DNA from: Puniceicoccaceae bacterium Marseille-Q1082
Lineage (GTDB): Bacteria > Verrucomicrobiota > Verrucomicrobiia > Opitutales > Intestinicryptomonadaceae
Length of the DNA stretch: 32,000 bases
Assembly: GCA_904424815.1 (NCBI GenBank)
Contig: CAJGBI010000002.1
Location: 610,206-642,205 of the forward strand
Direction of reading: 5' to 3'
Below, one piece after another: positions 24,748-32,000 of the stretch. Under the pieces are notes generated by a model. That model saw only the letters and a program-made list of their open reading frames with translations, made no database searches and was not told the origin of the DNA. Position 1 is the stretch's first letter. Every line of letters starts with the position of its first letter. Position numbers and translations under genes: made by a program.

Positions 24748-26106
24748 ATGGATGCACTCGTGAAAAACCGCTTTGCGCGGCGCGGCGCGCTGTTTGCGCT
24801 ATGCGCGCAGACCGTATTGGCGACATGGCTGCTTTCGGGCACGCGGCCGGAATTTCTGCTGCCGATGTTCGCGGCCGCCCTTATCGCGTTCGCATTTTGC
24901 GTCGCGGGGGGAATGTTCGCGCGCGACGGGGTTTTTGCCAAAACCCTCGCGTTCGCGTCGCTCTTTTTCATAATAGTTTGCGCCGTCCAATATTTCAACC
25001 CGTTCGCGGAGTATGTGGTTCGCGAAAAGTTTTCGTTTCTTGCGGGGCGCGCGCACGTCGAATGGCTGCCCGTTTCCGTCCGCGCGGAGTTTGCGCAGGG
25101 CAACGCGCTCTCGTCGCTGTGCGTTTTGCTCGCGGCCTTCCTGACCACGCTTTCGGCGGCGGCGTTTTCCTCCGACCGGCGGGCGATGCGCGGGCTGCTT
25201 GCGCTGTTTGCAGTCAATACCCTTTTGATGGGTGCGTTCGCCGTGTGGCAGCAGGCGGAGAAAATCCCAATGCCTTACGGGATTTTCCACACGCGGGCGG
25301 GCTTCTACGGGAGTTTCTTTCTTTCCAACGCGGCGGGGGCGTACCTGAATATGGGGGTTGCGGCGCTCGCCGCATGCGCCGCCGCGTTTGCGCGGCGAGG
25401 AGCTGCTGGCGGGGCGTTTGCGGCGTTTTGCGCGGCGGGAGCGGCGTTCGCCTCGTACGCTTCGGTCCGCTCGGGAAGCCAGGGGGCGGCGATAATATGC
25501 GCGCTCTTGTGGTGCGCGATTTTCATTGCCGCCGCATGGCGCGGACTCGCCTGCGCTTTCGGCGAAAAAATTTCTGCGGCCGCGCTTTCGCTCTTCCTGC
25601 TCGCTGCGGGGGCGGCCGCGGCATTTTGCGCGGCGGACGTTTTAGAGCCGTCGGATTTGCTCTCCGACCGCCAGATTGAGGAATCGGCAGTATCGCGCAT
25701 TGCGATATACAAGTCCGCCGTTCCGCTCGCCAAAGAGCGTCCCGTGTGGGGCGCGGGCGGCGAGTGTTCGAGGTATATTCTTCCGATGATCCGCAAGCCA
25801 GGGGCGTCGTCGGTTGCGGAGGCCCCGAGCAGGCCCCATTCGGACGCGCTCGAATACGTTTTGGATTTCGGCATTTCGGGTGCGGCGGTTTTGGCGGCGT
25901 GCGGCGCGGCGTGGGCGGCGCAGATATGGAAAAACAGGCGCGCGCTCGGCTTCGCAAACGCCGTGTGCGCGGCGGGCGCGCTGTCGTGCCTCGCCCACGG
26001 AACTTTCGACATGGAGTTGCACATACCGTCCACAATGATCGCTTTCGGGCTGATGTGCGTGTTCTCATTTTCTCCGTTCAACAGGGGAGGCCGCCGTGAA
26101 GTATAA
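24748..26106 (+). CDS. O-antigen ligase family (Wzy_C domain) membrane protein, WaaL-like
   Basis: 452 aa and polytopic. Periplasmic-loop motif SRIAIYKSAVPLAKERPVWGAGG...RPHSDALEYVLDFGISGAAVL (R...P.G.G....H...LE...E.G..G). Confidence 0.75.
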   Translation: MDALVKNRFARRGALFALCAQTVLATWLLSGTRPEFLLPMFAAALIAFAFCVAGGMFARDGVFAKTLAFASLFFIIVCAVQYFNPFAEYVVREKFSFLAGRAHVEWLPVSVRAEFAQGNALSSLCVLLAAFLTTLSAAAFSSDRRAMRGLLALFAVNTLLMGAFAVWQQAEKIPMPYGIFHTRAGFYGSFFLSNAAGAYLNMGVAALAACAAAFARRGAAGGAFAAFCAAGAAFASYASVRSGSQGAAIICALLWCAIFIAAAWRGLACAFGEKISAAALSLFLLAAGAAAAFCAADVLEPSDLLSDRQIEESAVSRIAIYKSAVPLAKERPVWGAGGECSRYILPMIRKPGASSVAEAPSRPHSDALEYVLDFGISGAAVLAACGAAWAAQIWKNRRALGFANAVCAAGALSCLAHGTFDMELHIPSTMIAFGLMCVFSFSPFNRGGRREV

Positions 26107-27007
26107 ACTTTTGCTTCTGCTTGCCGCGCTCTCGGCGGCGGGAATATGCGTCGACTTTTTCGGCGGAAAAGACGCGAACCTCGAAGTCGCGCGGAGGATT
26201 TACGCCGGCGCCGAAACCGATTCGGGGCCGCTATACCGCAACTGCGCCGTCGGGCTCGAAAAGGCGAAGGCGGCGGTTGACGCCTTGAAGCGCGGGGACT
26301 CCGCCGCGTTCGACAGGCTGATGTTCCAGTCGTACGTAAACTTCCAGTCGTCGAATAAGACCGCCGCGGAGCCGTATCTCATAGAGGCTGTAGATTTGCT
26401 GGCGGGCGCGGGGCAGCCGAAGTGGCTGGCGGAGTTCATAAAGCTCGGAAACGTCTCGGTGGACTTCGCGATATGCGTTTACGGGTGCGCGGGAAGTCCG
26501 GGGATAATGGGGGCGTTCACGTACGATTTCATTGAAAAAAATTTTAAGGGGACATCCGCGCGTTCGTGGCTCATATGGGCAAAAAACGACTACCGAAAGA
26601 TTTCTGCAGAAAAAGCCGAGCGCGACCTGATATACGCGGGCGTGACGTTCGGGCTCCCGCAGAAAAATATGGAGTTGTCCAAGTGGAAGATTTTTTCCCG
26701 CCCGCTCGCGGCGTATCTGTCCAAGCTGAAAGGGAGGGAGGACTTGTACAAAGTTTTCAGGGAAAAGTCGCTTTCTCCCGACACCCTCCATGAAGTCCGC
26801 GCGGGGCTTTTCGAGTATTGCGAGTACGCCGCCAAAATTTTCGCCCGCTGCGGCGACCCCGCCGCGTCCGTCGCCCTTTTGGAGAGCCTGCCGGACGGGC
26901 GGAGAAAAAACCTTTCGATAAAGCGGACTATCCGCGGCATTCTGAAAAGCGCCGGCGGGCGGGAGGAAATCGAAAAATCCGAAATCGGGCGGATTCTGGC
27001 GGAGTAG
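26096..27007 (+). CDS. Hypothetical exported or membrane-anchored protein of unknown function
   Basis: GTG at 26096 is preceded by GGGGAGG (26084-26090) and overlaps the ligase-like gene by 11 nt. Hydrophobic N-terminus MKYKLLLLLAALSAAGICV. I recognised no motif in the remaining ~280 aa. Confidence 0.6.
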   Translation: MKYKLLLLLAALSAAGICVDFFGGKDANLEVARRIYAGAETDSGPLYRNCAVGLEKAKAAVDALKRGDSAAFDRLMFQSYVNFQSSNKTAAEPYLIEAVDLLAGAGQPKWLAEFIKLGNVSVDFAICVYGCAGSPGIMGAFTYDFIEKNFKGTSARSWLIWAKNDYRKISAEKAERDLIYAGVTFGLPQKNMELSKWKIFSRPLAAYLSKLKGREDLYKVFREKSLSPDTLHEVRAGLFEYCEYAAKIFARCGDPAASVALLESLPDGRRKNLSIKRTIRGILKSAGGREEIEKSEIGRILAE

Positions 27008-27014
27008 GCGCGGC

Positions 27015-27632
27015 TCAGCTCCTGCCGCCCTTGGAATACTTTTCCACGGTATTTTTGTTTACCGGCGTGGAGTCCACGCAGAATACGACTTTCACGAGCG
27101 TCAGAAAAAATATTTTCGCGTCGAGCGCGAAGGAAATTTTGTCGACGTATTCGAGGTCTTTGGCGATTTTGCGGTCTACGGTGATCTCGTTGCGCCCCGA
27201 GACTTGCGCCAGGCCGCTCAGCCCGGGCAGGACGTCGTGGCGGCGCATGGATTTTTCGTCCAGGGCGTCCAGCTCGTAGTCCAGAAACGGCCGCGGCCCG
27301 ATAAACGACATGTCGCCTTTGAGTACGTTGAAAAACTGAGGGATTTCGTCGAGGCTCGTCTTGCGCAGGAACGCGCCGACTTTCGTTATTCGCCGCTCGT
27401 CGGGCAGCAGCTTTCCGTCCGCGCCGCGCTCGAAGGACATTGTCCTGAATTTGTACAGGTTGAATATCTTTCCGCGCAATCCCGCGCGCCTTTGGGATAT
27501 CACGGCGGGCGAGCCCATGGAAACCCTTACCACAGCCCATATGAGCGCGAATGCCGGCGACATCAGGATTATCAGCAGAGCCGAACCCGCGGCGTCCAGG
27601 AGCCTTTTTATGCAGTCTTTGTAAAGTTTCAT
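27015..27632 (-). CDS. Small monotopic phosphoglycosyl transferase (bacterial sugar transferase, PglC/WbaP-C-terminal type), the initiating enzyme
   Basis: ATG at 27632. KRLLDAAGSALLIILMSPAFAL, QRRAGLRGKIFNLYKFRTM, SLDEIPQFFNVLKGDMSFIGPRP and PGLSGLAQVSGRN are hallmark Bac_transf motifs. Confidence 0.9.
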   Translation of the reverse strand: MKLYKDCIKRLLDAAGSALLIILMSPAFALIWAVVRVSMGSPAVISQRRAGLRGKIFNLYKFRTMSFERGADGKLLPDERRITKVGAFLRKTSLDEIPQFFNVLKGDMSFIGPRPFLDYELDALDEKSMRRHDVLPGLSGLAQVSGRNEITVDRKIAKDLEYVDKISFALDAKIFFLTLVKVVFCVDSTPVNKNTVEKYSKGGRS

Positions 27633-27668
27633 TTTCCGAGTGGGGATTGCCCGTCCTCTTCCCGCCGC

Positions 27669-27697
27669 GCCGATTCTCGGCATTCTGCGGAATCGGC
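27669..27697. promoter_or_regulatory. Inverted repeat between the GT-C and phosphoglycosyl transferase genes, next to an AT-rich patch
   Basis: GCCGATTC (27669-27676) pairs with GAATCGGC (27690-27697) across a 13-nt loop. It is flanked by the AT-rich stretch 27698-27726. No U-tract follows on either strand. Confidence 0.2.
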
Positions 27698-27744
27698 AAA
27701 TAGTAATATATTTAAGAATAAAAATACGGGGTGTCGAATCTCCG

Positions 27745-29079
27745 TCAAGATATTTTGCTCGGGCCTCCCGAAGCGTGGTCGGCTCCGCAGAGAGGAGTTT
27801 TCCCCGAGGAAATTTCGGGCGCGCGGTTTTCTCCGGAGCGCAGAAGGCCGGCGAGCGCGGCGCCCGCATAAATCCAGACGATGGGCATCATGGGGTAGTG
27901 GTACCTGTCGGTCACCATGAACGGAAGCGTGAGGGCGACCACGAGAACCGGCGCCGCCGCCAGGGCGTTGCGGGCGCGCGGCGGGCTTTTGAGGTTTTTT
28001 GCCAGATACAGAGCAAACAGCGCGAGAGCCGCATAGTACGCGAGGCTCTTGACAAAAAGCCCCGCGCAGTATTTTACCGCGAACGCCTTGTCAGACAAAA
28101 TTTTTTCCCTTATCGACGACAGGCCAGTGCCTTTTTCGAAACGCTCGCTCCATGTGTCGAACCCGAGCAAAACCGCGGTTTTCAGAGGCAGCTGCGAAAG
28201 GTACGCGGCGGGGTTTTCGGCAATCCATCCGGCGGCGGCGTCCCTGAACAGGGCATCTTTTTGGGCGAAGTTCAAGCCGCCGAAACCGGCCGGAATTTTT
28301 TTGCGGTAAAATTCGTCCCTTTCAAAGCCGAACCCGACGAGGCCGTTGGCGAACTTGTTCGCGCTTCCTGCGAGGTTGAGGCCGGAGGTTGCGGACTGGA
28401 AGGCGAATATGCCGCATGAGGATTTCGATGCGAAGCCTATCGCCGCCGCCGCGAGCGCCGCCGAGGCGCATAGCGCCGCAATTCGCGCGAAGGCGTATTT
28501 GCGCTCCAATGCGGCGTACAGGGCTATTCCCATGAAGTACGCAATCGCAAGCGGCCTTATCCAGTTGCCGAGCGCGAGCATAACCCCCGCGAGCGCGAAG
28601 TTCGCCCACTTGGATTTCGGCAGAACCGCCGCCGCCACGGCAGCCGACATTGAGAACGCGAACGGGACTTCCGAAAAATACCCTATGGGCAGAAACCAGT
28701 TGCTGTACGCCGCGGCGTAGAGGAGCGCGGAGCACGCGGCGGCGGTTCTGCCGAAAAATTTTTTCGCGACGAAGAACACGGAGGCGAGAATGCCAGCCGA
28801 CATCAGCAGGTTTATCCAGCCGAATCCTCCGAACGTCCCGAAAATCCTGCGGTGCAGGACGAGCATGTTTACGTATCCCGGGGCAAAGAGGAAGCTGTCG
28901 CCGAGGTTTGTTTCCGACGGATACCAGCCGCCCGATTCCATTGCGCGCTCCGCGCAATAGAGGTAGGTTTTTTGGTCGTCGGACGGCGCGAATCCCGCGT
29001 TTTGCAGGAGCAGTAAAACCTGAGCGGCAAACAGCGCGGCGACGGCCGCCAAGGCGATTTTCCCGATGTGGTCGCGCAT
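27745..29079 (-). CDS. GT-C fold glycosyltransferase (ArnT/PMT-like, GT39/GT83-type), predicted polyprenyl-phosphate-sugar dependent
   Basis: ATG at 29079. 444 aa with many TM segments. The first loop carries the acidic pair and the GT-C-like pattern FAPSDDQKTYLYCAERAMESGGWYP. Confidence 0.72.
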   Translation of the reverse strand: MRDHIGKIALAAVAALFAAQVLLLLQNAGFAPSDDQKTYLYCAERAMESGGWYPSETNLGDSFLFAPGYVNMLVLHRRIFGTFGGFGWINLLMSAGILASVFFVAKKFFGRTAAACSALLYAAAYSNWFLPIGYFSEVPFAFSMSAAVAAAVLPKSKWANFALAGVMLALGNWIRPLAIAYFMGIALYAALERKYAFARIAALCASAALAAAAIGFASKSSCGIFAFQSATSGLNLAGSANKFANGLVGFGFERDEFYRKKIPAGFGGLNFAQKDALFRDAAAGWIAENPAAYLSQLPLKTAVLLGFDTWSERFEKGTGLSSIREKILSDKAFAVKYCAGLFVKSLAYYAALALFALYLAKNLKSPPRARNALAAAPVLVVALTLPFMVTDRYHYPMMPIVWIYAGAALAGLLRSGENRAPEISSGKTPLCGADHASGGPSKIS

Positions 29080-29080
29080 C

Positions 29081-30502
29081 TCAAAAGGGCTTTGCGAGCG
29101 CGAAGGCGGCCGCGAACGCCGCCAATAGCGCGTAGTTGGATTTCGTCTTGAACGCATACACCAGCGGGTCGGAGCTCACGAGCCCCCGCGCGGCGTCGCG
29201 CCAGATTTTCCACAGGAAAAACCCTATCGGAAGCGTTCCCAGCAAGAGCGCGTCCGGATTTTCGTAGTACGCCCTCGCCCCCCTCTGCGTGTAGACCGCA
29301 TACACCGCGACCGAGAGCGCGCAGGAGGCGATTCCCGCGGCGCGCGCGGCTTTGGCGTTCGCCCGCCCGTATCCGCGCGCGCGGGCGGTCTCGGCGCTCT
29401 CGGAGAGCTCGACGCACCTTTTGAGCAGAGCGAGCCCCAGAAACAGGAAGACCGAAAACGCGGAGAGCCAGAACGATATTTTGCAGTCTATGGCCTCTCC
29501 GCCGCCGAGAACGCGCAGATAGTAGAGGCACGCTAGAACCGCGACGTCCACGAATGCCACGCGCTTGAAGGCGAAGGAATACCCTATTGTTATTGCGGCG
29601 TAGGCGGCGAGCGCGAGAGCAAATTCCCGCGGGAGGGCGGCGGCCGCCGCCACCGCGGCGGCCGCGAGCGCGAGCATCAGCGCGATTCCCGCGGGTATGG
29701 GGAAGTCTCCCGAAGCGAACGGGCGGCTGCGCTTGCTGGGGTGCAGCCTGTCGGACTCGATGTCGAGCAGGTCGTTTAAAATATACGTCGCGGAGGCGCA
29801 GAAGCAAAACGCGAGAAACGCTGCGGCGGAGTTCAATGCGTCGCCTAAATTAAAATATCTGTGGCTCGAAATCAGGGCGACGAACACGAGCAGGTTTTTC
29901 GCCCACTGGTGCGCGCGGACGGCGCGAAGGGCGGCGGACGCCGAAAGCTCCGCGCCCCCGCCGATTCTTACGGTCTCTTTCCCCCCGAGCCTCCTGCGGA
30001 TTTTCTCCGCGAACTTTTCGCCGCCGACAACCGCGGCTGTCCGCGATTTCTCCCAGACCGGAATGTCGGATGGAGAGTCGCCCATATAGTCAAAGTTGCC
30101 GTCGCCGAAAATTTTTGAGCAGAGGGCGGCCTTGTTTTCGCCTTTGAGGTTGATGGTTTCGGAAGAGCCGTATACGCCGTCGAACAGCCCCGTCCGCGCC
30201 GCGATTTTCTCCGCGAGCTTTTCGTCGCACGCAGTGACGAGCCAGATTTTTGCGCCCGCCCTTTTGCGCTTTTTTATATAAGAGACCGCCGCCGGATTTA
30301 CCGGAAGCCTTTCGGCGAATTTCCCGAATTTTTCCGCCAGCCTTCTTTTTGCGAATGCCCGCCCCCTTGCGAGCATAAGCGGGACGAGCGCCAGGTAGAA
30401 CGGGTTTTTGCGCAGGGCGCGCGCGACGAGCTCCCAAAGGGAATCCGAGCGAATCAGGGTTCCGTCGAGGTCTACGCACAAGTTGTCGGCGCTGCGGGGC
30501 AT
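29081..30502 (-). CDS. Fusion protein: N-terminal HAD-family phosphatase plus C-terminal UbiA-family polyprenyl-phosphate phosphoribosyltransferase-like domain
   Basis: HAD motifs are VDLDGTLI (DxDxT), LVTAC and GDSPSD. The UbiA part has RAHQWAKNLLVF, NDLLDIESDRLHPSKRSRPFASG (NDxxDxxxD plus KRxRP) and about 8 TM segments. Its stop is 1 nt from the GT-C start. Confidence 0.85.
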   Translation of the reverse strand: MPRSADNLCVDLDGTLIRSDSLWELVARALRKNPFYLALVPLMLARGRAFAKRRLAEKFGKFAERLPVNPAAVSYIKKRKRAGAKIWLVTACDEKLAEKIAARTGLFDGVYGSSETINLKGENKAALCSKIFGDGNFDYMGDSPSDIPVWEKSRTAAVVGGEKFAEKIRRRLGGKETVRIGGGAELSASAALRAVRAHQWAKNLLVFVALISSHRYFNLGDALNSAAAFLAFCFCASATYILNDLLDIESDRLHPSKRSRPFASGDFPIPAGIALMLALAAAAVAAAAALPREFALALAAYAAITIGYSFAFKRVAFVDVAVLACLYYLRVLGGGEAIDCKISFWLSAFSVFLFLGLALLKRCVELSESAETARARGYGRANAKAARAAGIASCALSVAVYAVYTQRGARAYYENPDALLLGTLPIGFFLWKIWRDAARGLVSSDPLVYAFKTKSNYALLAAFAAAFALAKPF

Positions 30503-30651
30503 TGCGGGGCAGTGTATAAGGCGCCAAGATAAGCGGCGCGGGAGGCCTTTGGCAAATAAAAACGGTTTTGCGCGCGCCGCGCGATTTTTTGTTTTACGGC
30601 GGCTTGACTTTTCCGATTCGGGTTATAAACAGAGAGAATTTTTTTACGGAT

Positions 30652-30795
30652 ATGGAAACGAACAGCGAAACTAAAAAGGAAAGCCGCGAGTGCGGCAAGG
30701 GCGAGGCTATCCGCCGCGGCGCCAACATCCAGAAGTACGTGGACAACTACGACAGGATTTTCCGCAAAGGCTCTTCGAGGGCCAAATCCAAGTAG
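30652..30795 (+). CDS. Small basic hypothetical protein (47 aa)
   Basis: ATG at 30652 gives METNSETKKESRECGKGEAIRRGANIQKYVDNYDRIFRKGSSRAKSK. Third codon positions are GC-rich, as in the neighbouring genes. TTGACT (30604-30609) and TATAAA (30624-30629) lie upstream but only 14 nt apart. No clear SD sequence. Confidence 0.3.
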   Translation: METNSETKKESRECGKGEAIRRGANIQKYVDNYDRIFRKGSSRAKSK

Positions 30796-30882
30796 CATTC
30801 CGAACGCGCGCTTTTGCCCGTCCGATGATGCGCTTTGGAGCGGCGGGTAGAGGGGGAATTTCTGCGCCGGCAGCCGTCGGCG

Positions 30883-31878
30883 TCAAAAGCTTTCGGGCCT
30901 CCAAAGCAGCTTCCGGAGCATTCTAAACGCCCGTATGAGACCGCGCAAAAACTCTCCGGCAATTGGTACGGAATAGGCTTTCGACATCATTCCGGCGGTT
31001 TCCCCCGCGGTGAGCGAGGCGAGGAATTCCCGCTTGCGGCGGTCGTCCGCGCCCGCGAACTTTATGTGGCGCGCGAGCCATTCCGCGTATGAAATGCGGT
31101 ACGCGAACCTGTGCGCGCGCGAGCCGTTCATGAGGATTTCCTTGAACAGTCGGTTGCGGTTGACGATTTCCTCCCGCGTGGGTCCGTTTGACGTATTTTT
31201 GGAATCCTGCCCCGCGTGTATGCGGTACACGAAGAGGTTTTTGTCGGCGAGCACGACGGCCTTTCCGCCGCCCGTCGCGTCTATCATTACGGGGGTGTCG
31301 CCGATTTTTCCGTACACGTTGGGGCGGTTGCGCGCGCGCAAGTCGGCGGTTCTGTATATCGCCGACGAGTACGACGCCCGCCCGTCGCAGAATATGTAGG
31401 CGGCGAAGTCCTCGCGGCTTTCAAAGGCGAAGGCTTTTCTGGACGCGCTTTTCCATTCGACGCGCCCGCCGCTTTCGACGCGCATGTACGAATAGTTTGA
31501 GGCGAGCACCGCGACGTTCCCGAAGGAGTTTATCGCAGCCACGGCGCATTCGACGTACTCCGGATTGGCGAGGTCGTCGTCGTGCATGAACATCGCGTAC
31601 TTGCGGCTTGCGCCTGCGAGGGCGGCGTGGAAGTTGGCGTCGGCGCCGATGTTTTTCGGGTGGCGGACGTAGCGGAATTCTCCCTCAAAGCGCGGCCGCA
31701 TCTCCTCCACGGTTTCCGCCGTTCCGTCGGAGCTCGCGTTGTCGTACACGGACACGGAGAATCCCCGCGCGGTCTGGGCGAGCAGGCTTTCGAGCGCCTG
31801 GCGAAGGAGGGGCGCCCTGTTAAAAGTCAAAACGCAGACTTCCAGGTCGCTGGCGGTTATTTTGTCCGGAGTGTCCAT
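30883..31878 (-). CDS. Glycosyltransferase family 2 (GT-A fold)
   Basis: VCVLTFNRAPLLRQALESLLAQT...VSVYDNASSDGT...FMHDDD are the classic GT2 N-terminal motifs. No obvious TM segments. Confidence 0.88.
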   Translation of the reverse strand: MDTPDKITASDLEVCVLTFNRAPLLRQALESLLAQTARGFSVSVYDNASSDGTAETVEEMRPRFEGEFRYVRHPKNIGADANFHAALAGASRKYAMFMHDDDLANPEYVECAVAAINSFGNVAVLASNYSYMRVESGGRVEWKSASRKAFAFESREDFAAYIFCDGRASYSSAIYRTADLRARNRPNVYGKIGDTPVMIDATGGGKAVVLADKNLFVYRIHAGQDSKNTSNGPTREEIVNRNRLFKEILMNGSRAHRFAYRISYAEWLARHIKFAGADDRRKREFLASLTAGETAGMMSKAYSVPIAGEFLRGLIRAFRMLRKLLWRPESF

Positions 31879-31899
31879 ATTCGGCGCGGCCCCTGCGGG

Positions 31900-31998
31900 T
31901 CAGGAGCGGTTCCTTTTTAGAAGCCTTTTTGCGGCGGAGCGGCTCAGTCTTCGGAAAAGGCGTTTGCATTCGAGCCATGACAATTTTAGAACTGCGGC
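31900..31998 (-). CDS. 3' end of an upstream minus-strand gene truncated by the window edge (product unknown)
   Basis: The frame is open from the window edge to TGA (31900-31902), reading ..AAVLKLSWLECKRLFRRLSRSAAKRLLKRNRS, 21 nt upstream of the GT2 start. A second frame is also open here, so the assignment is tentative. Confidence 0.25.
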   Translation of the reverse strand, partial: AAVLKLSWLECKRLFRRLSRSAAKRLLKRNRS

Positions 31999-32000
31999 GG

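Noticed and set aside
24669-25679. 336-aa plus-strand ORF and other alternative-frame ORFs over the ligase-like gene
   Set aside because: These are Arg/Gly-rich alternative frames of a hydrophobic membrane-protein gene that carries the Wzy_C motif.
30571-30590. GC hairpin (CGCGC-gcc-GCGCG) followed by T6 on the plus strand
   Set aside because: It has terminator-like geometry, but no plus-strand gene ends upstream of it. The stem is only 5 bp with a 3-nt loop.
1-32000. Search for CRISPR arrays, IS elements, integrases, phage genes and defence systems
   Set aside because: No repeat-spacer periodicity, terminal inverted repeats, or transposase, integrase or nuclease-like ORFs were recognised. 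The accessory character of the window is confined to the glycan locus.

Overview
GC-rich, densely coded bacterial chromosomal segment. I recognised no rRNA, tRNA, CRISPR array, transposase or integrase. Many long Arg-rich alternative-frame or antisense ORFs in the six-frame track look like high-GC artefacts. There are three modules. (1) 1-4899: the phosphate-uptake operon pstS(3' part)-pstC-pstA-pstB-phoU, followed by tandem hairpin terminators and an unusually long (480 bp), hairpin-dense spacer. (2) 5380-11186: an AraC-family regulator plus a four-gene MacAB-type tripartite efflux system (adaptor, separate ABC ATPase, MacB/FtsX-type permease, NodT-type outer-membrane lipoprotein). (3) 11269-32000: a roughly 20 kb, strand-switching LPS/O-antigen-style glycan locus. 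It holds the ADP-heptose genes gmhA, gmhB and hldE with a GT9 heptosyltransferase, two GT4 and one GT2 glycosyltransferases, and wecB. It also holds a Wzx flippase, two Wzy_C-family membrane proteins (polymerase and ligase candidates), an acyltransferase-3, a pyruvyl transferase coupled to an FrhB-like Fe-S protein, and a small monotopic phosphoglycosyl transferase. The most unusual element is a HAD-phosphatase::UbiA fusion (decaprenyl-phosphate phosphoribosyltransferase-like) translationally coupled to an ArnT/PMT-like GT-C enzyme. I interpret this pair as a self-contained lipid-linked pentofuranose decoration module. Other points worth a second look: a 33-nt near-perfect palindrome in a divergent promoter region, an orphan minus-strand terminator, a secreted protein of unknown function coupled to the ligase-like gene, and large insertions in PstA. 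All functional calls come from reading motifs by eye; no database search was run.
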